From contig OZ024766.1 in the NCBI GenBank assembly GCA_964016885.1, forward strand, positions 7,626,001-7,690,000: a DNA stretch of 64,000 nucleotides. The letters are read 5' to 3'. The DNA comes from Eledone cirrhosa (taxonomy: Eukaryota). Position 1 is the stretch's first letter, and each line of letters begins with the position of its first letter. The notes under the pieces were generated by a model that was not told where the DNA came from, did no database searches, and worked only from the letters and a program-made list of their open reading frames with translations. Position numbers and translations under genes: made by a program. Shown here one piece after another: positions 40,473 through 50,403 of the stretch.

Positions 40473-40664
40473 GTAAGTTGTACTGTTGTATCATCATCAT
40501 CACCATCACCATCACCATCATCATTTAATGTCCATCTTCCTGATGATTTCTCCCGAATGGAACATTTTTAGTCCTGTAGGAGCCATTTCTATATTAAATA
40601 TATATACTCTGCTGTGTATTGAGTACCTTACTTACTGTGGTTACTCTCCAATTGAACCTGGGAT

Positions 40665-40702
<38 letters not shown>

Positions 40703-40861
40703 CCGTTCTACGTCCGTTCTTCCACGCTAGCATGGGTTAGACGGGTTGTCCTGTTGTGGGCAGTGTCTGGTCGGCTGACCATGCCTTGCTCATACAGGAA
40801 CTGATTTTGGCTTGATTTCTACAGCTGGATGCTCTTCCTAACATATATATATATATCATCA

Positions 40862-41168
40862 TCATTTCATTTTATGTCCGCTTTCCCCTGCTTGCAAGGG
40901 TGGGACGGGAACTGATTCTGGCTTGATTTCTACAGCTGGATGCCCTTCCTAACACCAACCTCATTTACAGTGAGTGCTGGGTGCTTTTTTGCAGTGGAAT
41001 GATAGGGACCCCAGTCCCTATCATCTCATTTCTACAGCTGAGTAAACTGGAGCAATGTGAAATAAAGTGTCTTGCTCAAGGAAACAACACATCACCCGGT
41101 CTGAGAATTGAACTCACAACCTTTCGATTGCAAGGCCAATGCTCTAACCACTAAGCCATGTGCCTCCA
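40862..41168 (-). mobile_element. tRNA-derived SINE, family 2
   Basis: Reverse complement of 28608-28915. Confidence 0.82.
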
Positions 41169-41262
41169 TATATATATTATATATATATATATAATAAACA
41201 TATATAAACATATATATATATATATAATATAAGATCAAAAGATGGTTAAAAGAGTTCCAAGT

Positions 41263-41331
41263 ATTTTATTATGCGCATTTCAAAAACAAATATCATCATG
41301 GGATGATATTTGCGTTCTCATCAGATAAAAT
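41263..41331 (-). ncRNA. Minimal type I hammerhead ribozyme motif
   Basis: attttat-CTGATGA-gaacgcaaatatcatc..gatgatatttgttttt-GAAA-tgcgc-ATA-ataaaat; self-complementary ATGCGCAT stem III. Confidence 0.7.
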
Positions 41332-41449
41332 AGGGAGACATGATATGAAGCTTAAAAAACACTTGTGAGCAGTGAAGTGTTAAATCAACATATCCGATAT
41401 TATTTGCATTGCTTTATTCTGCTACAATAAAACTCACCTCCTACATCAT

Positions 41450-42242
41450 CATCATTCATCATCATTTTACGTCCGCTTTTCCCTGCTTGCAAGGGTGGGA
41501 CGGGTCTTATTCAGCACAGCATCTCTCCACTCGTCACGGTCCCTCGTCATCTCCACCGTGAGCTTCAATGATCTGAGGTCTGTTCTCACCACCTCCGCCC
41601 ATGTTTTTCGTGGTCTACCTCTACCACGTCTTCCTTCAACTGGCATTTCCTGGCACTTCTTCACCCATCGGTCATCCTCCATGCGCATCACATGTCCATA
41701 CCACCTCAGTCTCCTCTCCCTTACACTACATTCTATCCCTCTCAGACACAGTTTCTCTCTCAACACATCACATGTCCATACCACCTCAGTCTCCTCTCCC
41801 GTACACTACATTCTATCCCTCTCAGACACAGTTTCTCTCTCAACACATCACATGTCCATACCACCTCAGTCTCCTCTCCCGTACACTACATTCTATCCCT
41901 CTCAGACACAGTTTCTCTCTCAACACATCACATGTCCATACCACCTCAGTCTCCTCTCCCGTACACTACATTCTATCCCTCTCAGACACAGTTTCTCTCT
42001 CAACACATTTATGCTGGGTCGTTCACGCACATTTACACTGCACATCCAACGGAGCATGCTTGCCTCATTTCTCTCCAGCCGTCGCATATCCTCTGCGGTT
42101 GCTGCCCATGTCTCACTACCATGCAGCATCGCGCTCCTCACACAGGCATCATACAACCGGCCTTTCGTACGCAGGGAGAAACCCTTCTTCGTCAACAGAG
42201 GAAGCAGCTCCCTAAACTTCTTCCAACCCGTCCTTATTCTAG
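41450..42242 (-). mobile_element. RTE LINE 3' fragment with four 80-bp tandem copies
   Basis: KGRLYDACVRSAMLHGSETW..RRLRWYGHVMR..GRRGRGRPRKTW..DRDEWR, (GAT)n tail. Confidence 0.88.
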
Positions 42243-42447
42243 ATACTATATATATATATAGTTGTTATATAGTAAGGTGTATTATTGGTTGTGTAAAACG
42301 GTCCAATAACTATGTTAGCAATATTAAGTTCTCCTCGCTTTAGTATATCTCCAATTCCATTTATGGGAGCAGCTAGATGATGTAAAACGGAGTATTTGTA
42401 TCAAAATGAAAATCCAAAGGCATGGTATAAATTTCCAATCATTTTAA

Positions 42448-42524
42448 TCACAACACATGTTTCAATAAGAGATAGATCGATTGGGAAGCCATGATCGATT
42501 ATCACTGATCTCGTCAGGTGAAAA
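42448..42524 (-). ncRNA. Possible hammerhead ribozyme motif
   Basis: tcac-CTGACGA-long stem (gataatcgat/atcgatctatc)-GAAA-catgt-GTT-gtga. Confidence 0.42.
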
Positions 42525-42609
42525 TGAATTGTCTTCAAATTCTTGACATGAGGGAGAAAATTAGCACAGATCTGATGCTGTGTTGGTATGTGTATATATA
42601 TATATATAT

Positions 42610-42950
42610 GGAGGCACATGGCTTAGTGGTTAGAGCATTGGCCTTGCAATCGAAAGGTTGTGAGTTCAATTCTCAGACCGGGTGATGTGTTGTTTCCTTG
42701 AGCAAGACACTTTATTTCACATTACTCCAGTTTACTCAGCTGTAGAAATGAGATGATAGGGACTGGGGTCCATATCAATCCACTGCAAAGTGGTCGTGGA
42801 GGTGCCACGGCAGAAAAAGCAGCCAGCACTCACTGTAAATGAGGTTGGTGTTAGGAAGGGCATCCAGCTGTAGAAATCAAGCCAGAATCAGTTCCCGTCT
42901 CACACTTGCTAGCAGGGAAAAAGCGGACGTAAAATGAAATGATGATGATG
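42610..42950 (+). mobile_element. tRNA-derived SINE, family 2
   Basis: As the 9664 and 28608 copies. Confidence 0.82.
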
Positions 42951-43035
42951 AATAATGATATATATATATATATATACATACATTTATATAAATATATATA
43001 AATATATATATATATATATACATACATTTATATAA

Positions 43036-43070
<35 letters not shown>

Positions 43071-43078
43071 CATACATT

Positions 43079-43110
<32 letters not shown>

Positions 43111-43146
43111 TACATACATTTATATAAATATATATATATATATATG

Positions 43147-43188
<42 letters not shown>

Positions 43189-43290
43189 TATATATATATA
43201 TATATACATATATTATATATATATACATATAGATACACACACACATATATATATATATGTATGTATATATATATATATATATACATACAT

Positions 43291-43347
<57 letters not shown>

Positions 43348-43411
43348 TCACCATCATCATCATCACCATCACTACATTAATTAATTAATTAAATAATTCA
43401 TGATTCACTTA

Positions 43412-44062
43412 TTTTCTTTTTCTTCTTCTTGCCTCCTCCTTCTCCTCCCCTTCTTTTTTTCTTCTTCTTTGCCTTCTTTGCCTTCTTCTTCTTCTTCTTT
43501 GCCTTCTTCTTCTTCTTCTTCTTTGCCTTCTTCTTCTTCTTCTTCTTCTTTGCCTTCTTCTTTGCCTTCTTATTCTTTTTCTTCTTTGCCTTCTTTTTCT
43601 TCTTCTTCTTCACCTTCATTTTCTTCTTTACCTTCTTTTTCTTCTTTGCCTTCTTCTTCTTCTTCTTCTTCTTCTTCTTTGCCTTCTTCTTCTTCTTCTT
43701 CTTTGCCTTCTTCTTCTTTGCCTTCTTCTTCTTCTTCTTCTTCTTTGCCTTCTTCTTCTTTTTCTTCTTCTTTGCCTTCTTCTTCTTTTTCTTCTTTGCC
43801 TTCTTCTTCTTCTTCTTTGCCTTCTTCTTCTTTGCCTTCTTCTTCTTTGCCTTCTTATTCTTTTTCTTCTTTGCCTTCTTTTTCTTCTTCTTCTTCACCT
43901 TCATTTTCTTCTTTACCTTCTTTTTCTTCTTTGCCTTCTTCTTTGCCTTCTTTTTCTTCTTCTTCACCTTCATTTTCTTCTTTGCCTTCTTCTTCTTCTT
44001 CTTTGCCTTCTTTTTCTTATTCACCTTCTTTTTCTTCTTTGCCTTCTTCATCTACTTCTTTC
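43412..44062. repeat. (TTC)n/GCC compound microsatellite
   Basis: Seen directly. Confidence 0.95.
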
Positions 44063-44147
44063 CCCTGCCACCCACACCCACCCCTCACCTCAACCCCCCT
44101 TCACCCACCCCCTCACCCACCCCCTCACCCACCCCTCTTTTTTGCAG

Positions 44148-44355
44148 GAGTTTCCAGAGTAACAAATCTCCCGACAGAAATGTCCTCTTTAACGGCAATT
44201 TTGGCCTTAACAGCAAACGTATCGAGGCGAAGGCGGACATTGATGTGGGAAAGAAAGGCTCAGAGATACACCAGACCCAGCTTGTTGTAAATTATGACTT
44301 CACAAACCCTATTAATGTGGTCACTTGTAATATAATAGTGAAAGACAAACAAATG
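44148..44355 (+). CDS. LLTP exon O
   Basis: tttttgcag|G AGT..ATG|gtgagt; phase 2-0. Confidence 0.85.
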
Positions 44356-44483
44356 GTGAGTTTTCCGGTCAGAATCAACCATGAATTCTCTCACTTTTTT
44401 CTGTTAAAACTGGCCACTCGTTTTTATGTTAAGGTATTATTCTTAAAATAAATAATATCAAAGATATATAATATTATAGATTC

Positions 44484-44753
44484 GATATTATGTGAGGTAA
44501 AACTTTTACTGTGAAAATACAATAGTAAATATAGAGTAATGTAAATGTTATGTGAGATATTATGTGAGGTAAAGCCTTTACTGTGAAAATACAATAGTAA
44601 ATATAGAGTAATGTAAATGTTATGTGAGATATTATGTGAGGTAAAGCCATTACTGTGAAAATACAATAGTATATATAGAGTAATGTAAATGTTATGTGAG
44701 ATATTATGTGAGGTAAAGCCTTTACTGTGAAAATACAATAGCAAATATAGAGT
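44484..44753. repeat. 72-bp minisatellite, left segment
   Basis: About 3.7 units ending ..atagagt. Confidence 0.93.
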
Positions 44754-44990
44754 GGTTTCTTTATTTGCCACTAGGGCACAAAAGGTAGGGACAGATACAA
44801 GGGGGGAAGTTTACATATAATTAACGAGTACAAAAATATAACAATGAAATAACAACAACAAACGAAGTCCTCAATAGGGAGGGGGCATTAACATGGGTCG
44901 CACACACCCCGGAAAAAATGTGTAACCCTTCTCCTCAGGAGCACAAAGAGTAGGTGCTTCCCTCGTCTCCGCTTTTTCCTCTTCTTTCAC

Positions 44991-47900
44991 CTACAGGCTG
45001 ATATAGAGAGAAGACCCATTCACTCTGGCCATTCTCCCTACTTTCACCCACCTTTCATAAAACTTGCTGGGGTAGAGCACCTCTCTCTCCATTCTGATCC
45101 TTCTTTTAAAATGGTATTTGAAAAAGGGGACCAGTTGTTGGCCGGAGAGAAAGGTGTCTGACCTCAGCCCTTTCAGCCTCGTCCACCATACAACTTCTTT
45201 AGCCATGGCTACCACACAGAGAAAAACCGCCTCTCCTTCGTTTTTGAAAGGGGGAGGCGGTTTGATCGTGACAATGGACTCGGTGGTCAACCGGATTGGT
45301 CCCACCCTCGACAGTAGTCGTTCCACATAGCCCCACAGGTCAGCAATGCCTGGGCAGTGTACGAATGCGTGCGCAACGGTTTCGTCATCATGCACGCATC
45401 TCGGACAGATCTTATTCAAAGGATCTCTACCCAGGCTCCCATGCCTGTGGAGCTTGTCTCGAACGGGTAGAGCCCCTCGGTAGCACTGCCAAGCCAGGGA
45501 CTTTTGGAAGTTGTCCATCGGTCCAGGGCCAAACGTCCTACCGAACAGACTGGCCAGTTCATCTTCCTCCATGCCTAGAGCTTCTCCGAGAGCATCGTCG
45601 CACCTGCTGCGTACCAACCCTCTATAGAATGTCGAGGTGGAGTCTCCACTGATTGCCGGGTCCGCTTTCCAGAGGGCCGTGAGCGCCTGGGCACATTCAA
45701 TGTGCCAGTCGCCCACTTTTCTCGGTCTTTGCTTGACCCAGGATTGCAGCTCGGTGAGCGAGACGAGTCTGGGAAAGGCTCGCCTCACAAACGGGGCCCA
45801 CACCGGTTGACCGGTGAGGAATACCTGGAGGTGCCGTAGCCTTAATGCGTGTTTACGCATCTGTAGCCACGGCATCCCCAGCCCTCCTTTCGAAGGGTGT
45901 TGACAGCAGATGGATCTCCTCACCAAAGGGGTCCGCTTGTTCCAAAGAAATTGGAACAGCGCGCACTCCATTTTGGCGAGTCTTTTCACTGGGCAAGGCA
46001 CGACGGTCAAGCGGTAGTAGATGACGGATGCTATATAAGTATTCGCCACCTCCGCTCGACCTTTCAGGGATAGTTTGCACTGGGCCCACTTCTGGGTGAG
46101 TGCAAACACCCTGGCCGTTACCTCGTTCCAGTTTTTCTCCACCTGGAGGTCTGGTCCGAACCAGACCCCAAGCAGCTTCACCGGGCCCTCCGTCCAGCGT
46201 CCGACGACGTCGTTGGAGGGCATCGGTTTGCCTCTCCATGTTCCGAGTTGCAAACCGACGGACTTGTCCCGGTTCAGCTTGGCTCCTGTAAACCTTTCAT
46301 ATTCCTCCAGTAAGGTGCCGATCTCACCGATTTGCGAGGTTTTCGACACCATTACTGTCACGTCATCGGCGTAGGCCGACGCCGCTTTCTGCAATCCCGG
46401 TTCCAAAGGGATGCCCTGCAACCGCTCCAACTTCCGCAGTAGTGGCTCAAGAGCCAGCACATACAGTAGGGAGGAGAGAGGGCATCCCTGTCGGATGGAT
46501 CGCATGATTTGGAACGGCTCCGAGAGGTGGCCGTTCACCTTGACCCTTGAGCAGACGTTGCTGCTGTGCATCGCAGCAATCCAACCCCTGAAAACGGGTC
46601 CGAAGCCTGCCGCCGCGAGCACCGCATCCAGGTAACGATGGTCAACCCTATCGAAAGCTTTAGATTGATCCAAGTTGATCAGGGCCCCACCAAAGCCGGG
46701 TTCATTCCCTACCCTCTCTATGATGTATCGCATAAGGTGGAGATTGTCGTGAATGGACCTGGACGGGATTGCGCATGTCTGCGCTTCTCCCACCAGGTTT
46801 CCAACGACAAGCGCCAACCTCTTCGCTAACACCTTGGCCAAAATCTTTAACTCTGTATTTAGCAGAGTTATGGGCCTGAAGTTACTTATGTCATCCCCCT
46901 TGTTCTCATCCTTCCTCACCAGCGTAACTACGCCCTTGGTCACAGAACTTGGAATTCTCCCGTTCTGCTGCCAGTTGCAGTAGACCGCTTCGAGGATATC
47001 GGAGAACAAGTCCGGCATCGCTACATATAGCTCGTATGGTAGACCATCGAGACCCGGGGATTTGCGTTTGCCGCATTGGCTCAGCGCCGCCCCTATCTCA
47101 GCAGCTGAAATCGTCCTTTCGCAGGACTTCGCCTCCGCGTCCGAGAGGCGCGGCAGACCGTCGAGGTATGGATTGAAATCCATAGTCTCACCCGGCGCGC
47201 CGCCCCTCTCGAACAGTCGTGCAAAGTGCCGCTGAAAGGCCGCACACATCTGCCCAGGTTCAAGGATCACACGCCCATCCTGGTCCTTCAAAGACCGAAT
47301 CGTGGACTTGTTCCCACTTTTTGCCTCTGTCACTCGGGCCCAGCTTACAGCTTTGGCTCCCTCATTACCCAGAGCACGTATTTTACTCCTGACAACGCAG
47401 CCTTCATGCTTCACCTCAAAGAACTGGTCTAAGGCCATTCTTGATGCCAGCACGCCGGCTACATTGCCACTCCTAATCGCCTCTTCTACTCTATCTACTA
47501 ATTCCCTTTCCGTCTTGTTCCTATCCCTTGCTAATTCCTGACTAAAACCTATCGATTCTATTCTAATTGCTCTCTTAAGAGAGCTCCACCACCTGTTGTT
47601 GACAATTGCCCCTGTCAAATTCTGCTTAACTAACGTGCTAATCCGTTTACTGTAAGCTTTGCTTCTCGGTAAGGACAAGTTCAGCTTCCAGTAACCGGGT
47701 CCCTGTCTATGGGTTCTATCAAGGTTGGCTATGCAGGTCACTAACTTGTGATCCGAATAGTCAACCATGAACATTTTTGGACAGCTAAATGTGTCCCTAT
47801 CGTTCTCTCTAACTAGGACCCTATCTAGGTACGACCTAGATGTTCCACTGCGATTGGTCCACGTCCATAGTGGTACAGTCGGAAAATCTAGTCGATATCT

Positions 47901-48428
47901 ATCGGCCAGGTCAAATCGGCCGATTAACCTTTTGAGGCTTTTACACCCCCCTCTATTGGCACATGCCCCTACATAGTCCCAACGTACATCCAGGATACCA
48001 TTCCAGTCCCCCACTAAAAGCAAGGAGCGGGACGTTCCCAGAAAAGTTTCCAGACGTTGGAAGTATTCCGGCCGCGCTGCCCAAAAAGGGGCGTACACAG
48101 CTATTAGTCTAAGGGCTCCACTTTCACTACTGCCGACGTCTAAAACCACCAGTCGACCCTCCGGGTCCAGGTGCACCTTCTGTATGGCGAGGCCCAGGTG
48201 TTTTCGCAGCAGAACGACAACTCCACCCCCACCCCCCGGTTGACAGAGAGATGCGAAGATCTCAAAGTCGTCGAAGAGGGGCGCCAGTTGGTGCTCGCTG
48301 CTGATCCTGGACTCGCAAATAGCCATTACATCCATTCTATGTGACCTGAGATCGTTTAAAAGTTTGCCTTGTTTCCAAGACAGTCCCAGGCCACGTACAT
48401 TCAGAAACCCAACTCTTATATCAGCCAT
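44991..48428 (-). CDS. Tx1 ORF2: APE endonuclease, reverse transcriptase, C-terminal CCHC (1145 aa)
   Basis: LNVRGL, VYAP, GDWN, LDR, SDH, GPGYWKLN, PGLDG, RPITLLN, DQSKAFD, QGCPLS, YADD and CPRC..ETVAHAFVHC are all intact. Confidence 0.96.
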   Translation of the reverse strand: MADIRVGFLNVRGLGLSWKQGKLLNDLRSHRMDVMAICESRISSEHQLAPLFDDFEIFASLCQPGGGGGVVVLLRKHLGLAIQKVHLDPEGRLVVLDVGSSESGALRLIAVYAPFWAARPEYFQRLETFLGTSRSLLLVGDWNGILDVRWDYVGACANRGGCKSLKRLIGRFDLADRYRLDFPTVPLWTWTNRSGTSRSYLDRVLVRENDRDTFSCPKMFMVDYSDHKLVTCIANLDRTHRQGPGYWKLNLSLPRSKAYSKRISTLVKQNLTGAIVNNRWWSSLKRAIRIESIGFSQELARDRNKTERELVDRVEEAIRSGNVAGVLASRMALDQFFEVKHEGCVVRSKIRALGNEGAKAVSWARVTEAKSGNKSTIRSLKDQDGRVILEPGQMCAAFQRHFARLFERGGAPGETMDFNPYLDGLPRLSDAEAKSCERTISAAEIGAALSQCGKRKSPGLDGLPYELYVAMPDLFSDILEAVYCNWQQNGRIPSSVTKGVVTLVRKDENKGDDISNFRPITLLNTELKILAKVLAKRLALVVGNLVGEAQTCAIPSRSIHDNLHLMRYIIERVGNEPGFGGALINLDQSKAFDRVDHRYLDAVLAAAGFGPVFRGWIAAMHSSNVCSRVKVNGHLSEPFQIMRSIRQGCPLSSLLYVLALEPLLRKLERLQGIPLEPGLQKAASAYADDVTVMVSKTSQIGEIGTLLEEYERFTGAKLNRDKSVGLQLGTWRGKPMPSNDVVGRWTEGPVKLLGVWFGPDLQVEKNWNEVTARVFALTQKWAQCKLSLKGRAEVANTYIASVIYYRLTVVPCPVKRLAKMECALFQFLWNKRTPLVRRSICCQHPSKGGLGMPWLQMRKHALRLRHLQVFLTGQPVWAPFVRRAFPRLVSLTELQSWVKQRPRKVGDWHIECAQALTALWKADPAISGDSTSTFYRGLVRSRCDDALGEALGMEEDELASLFGRTFGPGPMDNFQKSLAWQCYRGALPVRDKLHRHGSLGRDPLNKICPRCVHDDETVAHAFVHCPGIADLWGYVERLLSRVGPIRLTTESIVTIKPPPPFKNEGEAVFLCVVAMAKEVVWWTRLKGLRSDTFLSGQQLVPFFKYHFKRRIRMEREVLYPSKFYERWVKVGRMARVNGSSLYISL

Positions 48429-48449
48429 GTTGGTTAAAAGAGGAAGGAC

Positions 48450-50192
48450 CTACCTGTTCGGCTCCTGAGGAGCAGGTTGCACAATATCCATGGGCGTATT
48501 GGAGGGGTTGTTTGGTGGGGTGTTGTTCTGTGGTGGAGTGGGGGTGTTTGGTGAGGTGTGGGTGGGGAAACGTTTCAAGAGGACGCGGTTATAGGGTCGA
48601 GTACATGTTTTCCCCACGTCCTCAGGAAAGTTCTCTCTTAGTTTTGCATAGGTGTCCATTGGGAGTCTTATCATTTTTAAATGCGGTTTGTTGGCCGCGC
48701 TTGCAAAGAATTGCCCTTCAGTTTCCACCAAAGGGTCTTTGTGTATTGTTTTTACTAGTTCTTTGTTATTTGTGTTAATGTATGTATACTGTTTTATTTG
48801 TGTTGTGTTTGTTTGTTGTTCTTGTGTGTGCTTACGTTTTGTTGTATGTGTTATGTTTTGGGGTGGGGCGGATTTTGTTTGTTCTGTTTGTTTTGTTTTT
48901 GTTGGTGGTTGTGTGTTTGTTTCGTTTATGTTCGAGTGGTGCTTTCTTTTTTTCCTTTTTACAGGTTGGAAGGGTTCCCCCTCTTCGTCACTAGGTGCCG
49001 TTTCCGCTGGGTCCTCGTCCGTGCTGTCGGGTAGTGGTGTATTTTGGGGTTTTGTTGTATTTGTGTGTGTTTTGGGAGTTGTTTTGGGTGGGGCCGTGTC
49101 TTGTGTTATTTTTCCCTGTTGTTTTTGTTGTTGTTGTGGTGGTGGTGGTGGAGGTGGTGGTGGTGGTGGTGGTGGCGGTGGTGGTGTGTGGGGTGTAGGC
49201 AAAAGAGCCTTTTTTTTTGTCAATTGAGGACAAGCAGCCCTTAGATGACCCCTGCTTGAACAGTAGTAACATATGGGCCTCCTACCCTCGGCTGAAATAT
49301 ATATAAATGTTTCTCCATCGAGGGACACCCTCTGTGGTATTCTAGCGATTCGTTCTGGTCTCATTTGGACCAGAACCTCCACGCTCAAACCGCCGAAAAC
49401 GTCTGTGGTGACTTCTCCTACTGAGAGGATTCCGTCCTCGTCTTCTAAAAATCCTGTTAGTACCCAGGAAATGCATGCATTTGGCCGGATTCCGGAGACC
49501 CTTATCTTCTGCGTTCTTTTCCCTAAATATGTGGGGAAAAATGTATATATCTTGGAAACAATTGGTGCCACAGAGTATTTCCTGGCCGTCAATTGATCCT
49601 TCATTAGGACCGTTATATTCCCATAGAGTGGCCCTTTTTGTATGAACGATATATCACTCCACACATTTTTTAGGACCAGCTCAATCTCTTTTTGGGATAA
49701 TTGAGTTGGTTTCCTTGTTATGTTGGAAATTGTTCTGAAAGATATCGTTCTTAGCGTCGTGTCTCTTTTGATTTCTTGTGGGGAGGTGATTGTGAAGTCT
49801 CCTCCTTCTTTGAAAGTTACATACTGTTTCGCTTCCTTCATCTTTTCTCTCAGAGTTGTAATGTCCAGTTGCTTGCAGGTTTGTGTTTTCCGGACCGCCT
49901 GTGCAAAGGAGGTACCAGTAGTGGGTTCACTTTGTTTGGTGTTATCGTTATTTTTTCCTTGGTTGGTGTTGTGACTATTGCTGTTATTGTCGTTGATGTT
50001 TTTGTCTGCGTTTATGTGACTTTCTGGGTTTTCACCCATTTCTACAAATTTTTCTTTTAATTCCGTGTTCCATGTTTCTTTTGCAGAAGTGAGGAGGGAA
50101 GACTTAGAGCCTTGTGCTTCTAGCTTCTCTGTATCACCTTTCTTAGGGGGCGTGGCTTTCACGTTAGGATGAGATGTGAAAATTCCGTCCAT
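48450..50192 (-). CDS. Tx1 ORF1 (580 aa from the first ATG), gag-like zinc knuckle
   Basis: CYYCSSRGHLRAAC (CX2CX4HX4C), Pro/Thr-rich tail, KRKKRK basic patch. Confidence 0.9.
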   Translation of the reverse strand: MDGIFTSHPNVKATPPKKGDTEKLEAQGSKSSLLTSAKETWNTELKEKFVEMGENPESHINADKNINDNNSNSHNTNQGKNNDNTKQSEPTTGTSFAQAVRKTQTCKQLDITTLREKMKEAKQYVTFKEGGDFTITSPQEIKRDTTLRTISFRTISNITRKPTQLSQKEIELVLKNVWSDISFIQKGPLYGNITVLMKDQLTARKYSVAPIVSKIYTFFPTYLGKRTQKIRVSGIRPNACISWVLTGFLEDEDGILSVGEVTTDVFGGLSVEVLVQMRPERIARIPQRVSLDGETFIYISAEGRRPICYYCSSRGHLRAACPQLTKKKALLPTPHTPPPPPPPPPPPPPPPPQQQQKQQGKITQDTAPPKTTPKTHTNTTKPQNTPLPDSTDEDPAETAPSDEEGEPFQPVKRKKRKHHSNINETNTQPPTKTKQTEQTKSAPPQNITHTTKRKHTQEQQTNTTQIKQYTYINTNNKELVKTIHKDPLVETEGQFFASAANKPHLKMIRLPMDTYAKLRENFPEDVGKTCTRPYNRVLLKRFPTHTSPNTPTPPQNNTPPNNPSNTPMDIVQPAPQEPNR

Positions 50193-50403
50193 TTCTATTA
50201 GTTTGCCGTAATAAATTTTTAACTGGAAAATTCGCCCCAAAAAGGGGCGAAAATAAATAAACTCAAAGTTTGACGACCAAGGCAAGGGGTTAACGTATAT
50301 TACAGTATAAAAAAATTAATCAAAACTCACTTTTTGAGTAAGTAAATCCGACTCGGTAGCCGAGCTTGTTCACACACGTCAACACACGTCTCTCGTATAC
50401 GAG

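Larger units (their letters stand above)
44754..50403 (-). mobile_element. Full-length Tx1/L1-clade non-LTR retrotransposon, copy 1 (5650 bp)
   Basis: 5' UTR, ORF1, 21-nt spacer, ORF2, 3' UTR ending AATAAAGAAACC; no poly(A). Confidence 0.95.

Noticed and set aside
45118-50060. Antisense and alternative-frame ORFs inside the Tx1 copies
   Set aside because: Short shadows of ORF1/ORF2; their presence in both copies only reflects near identity.
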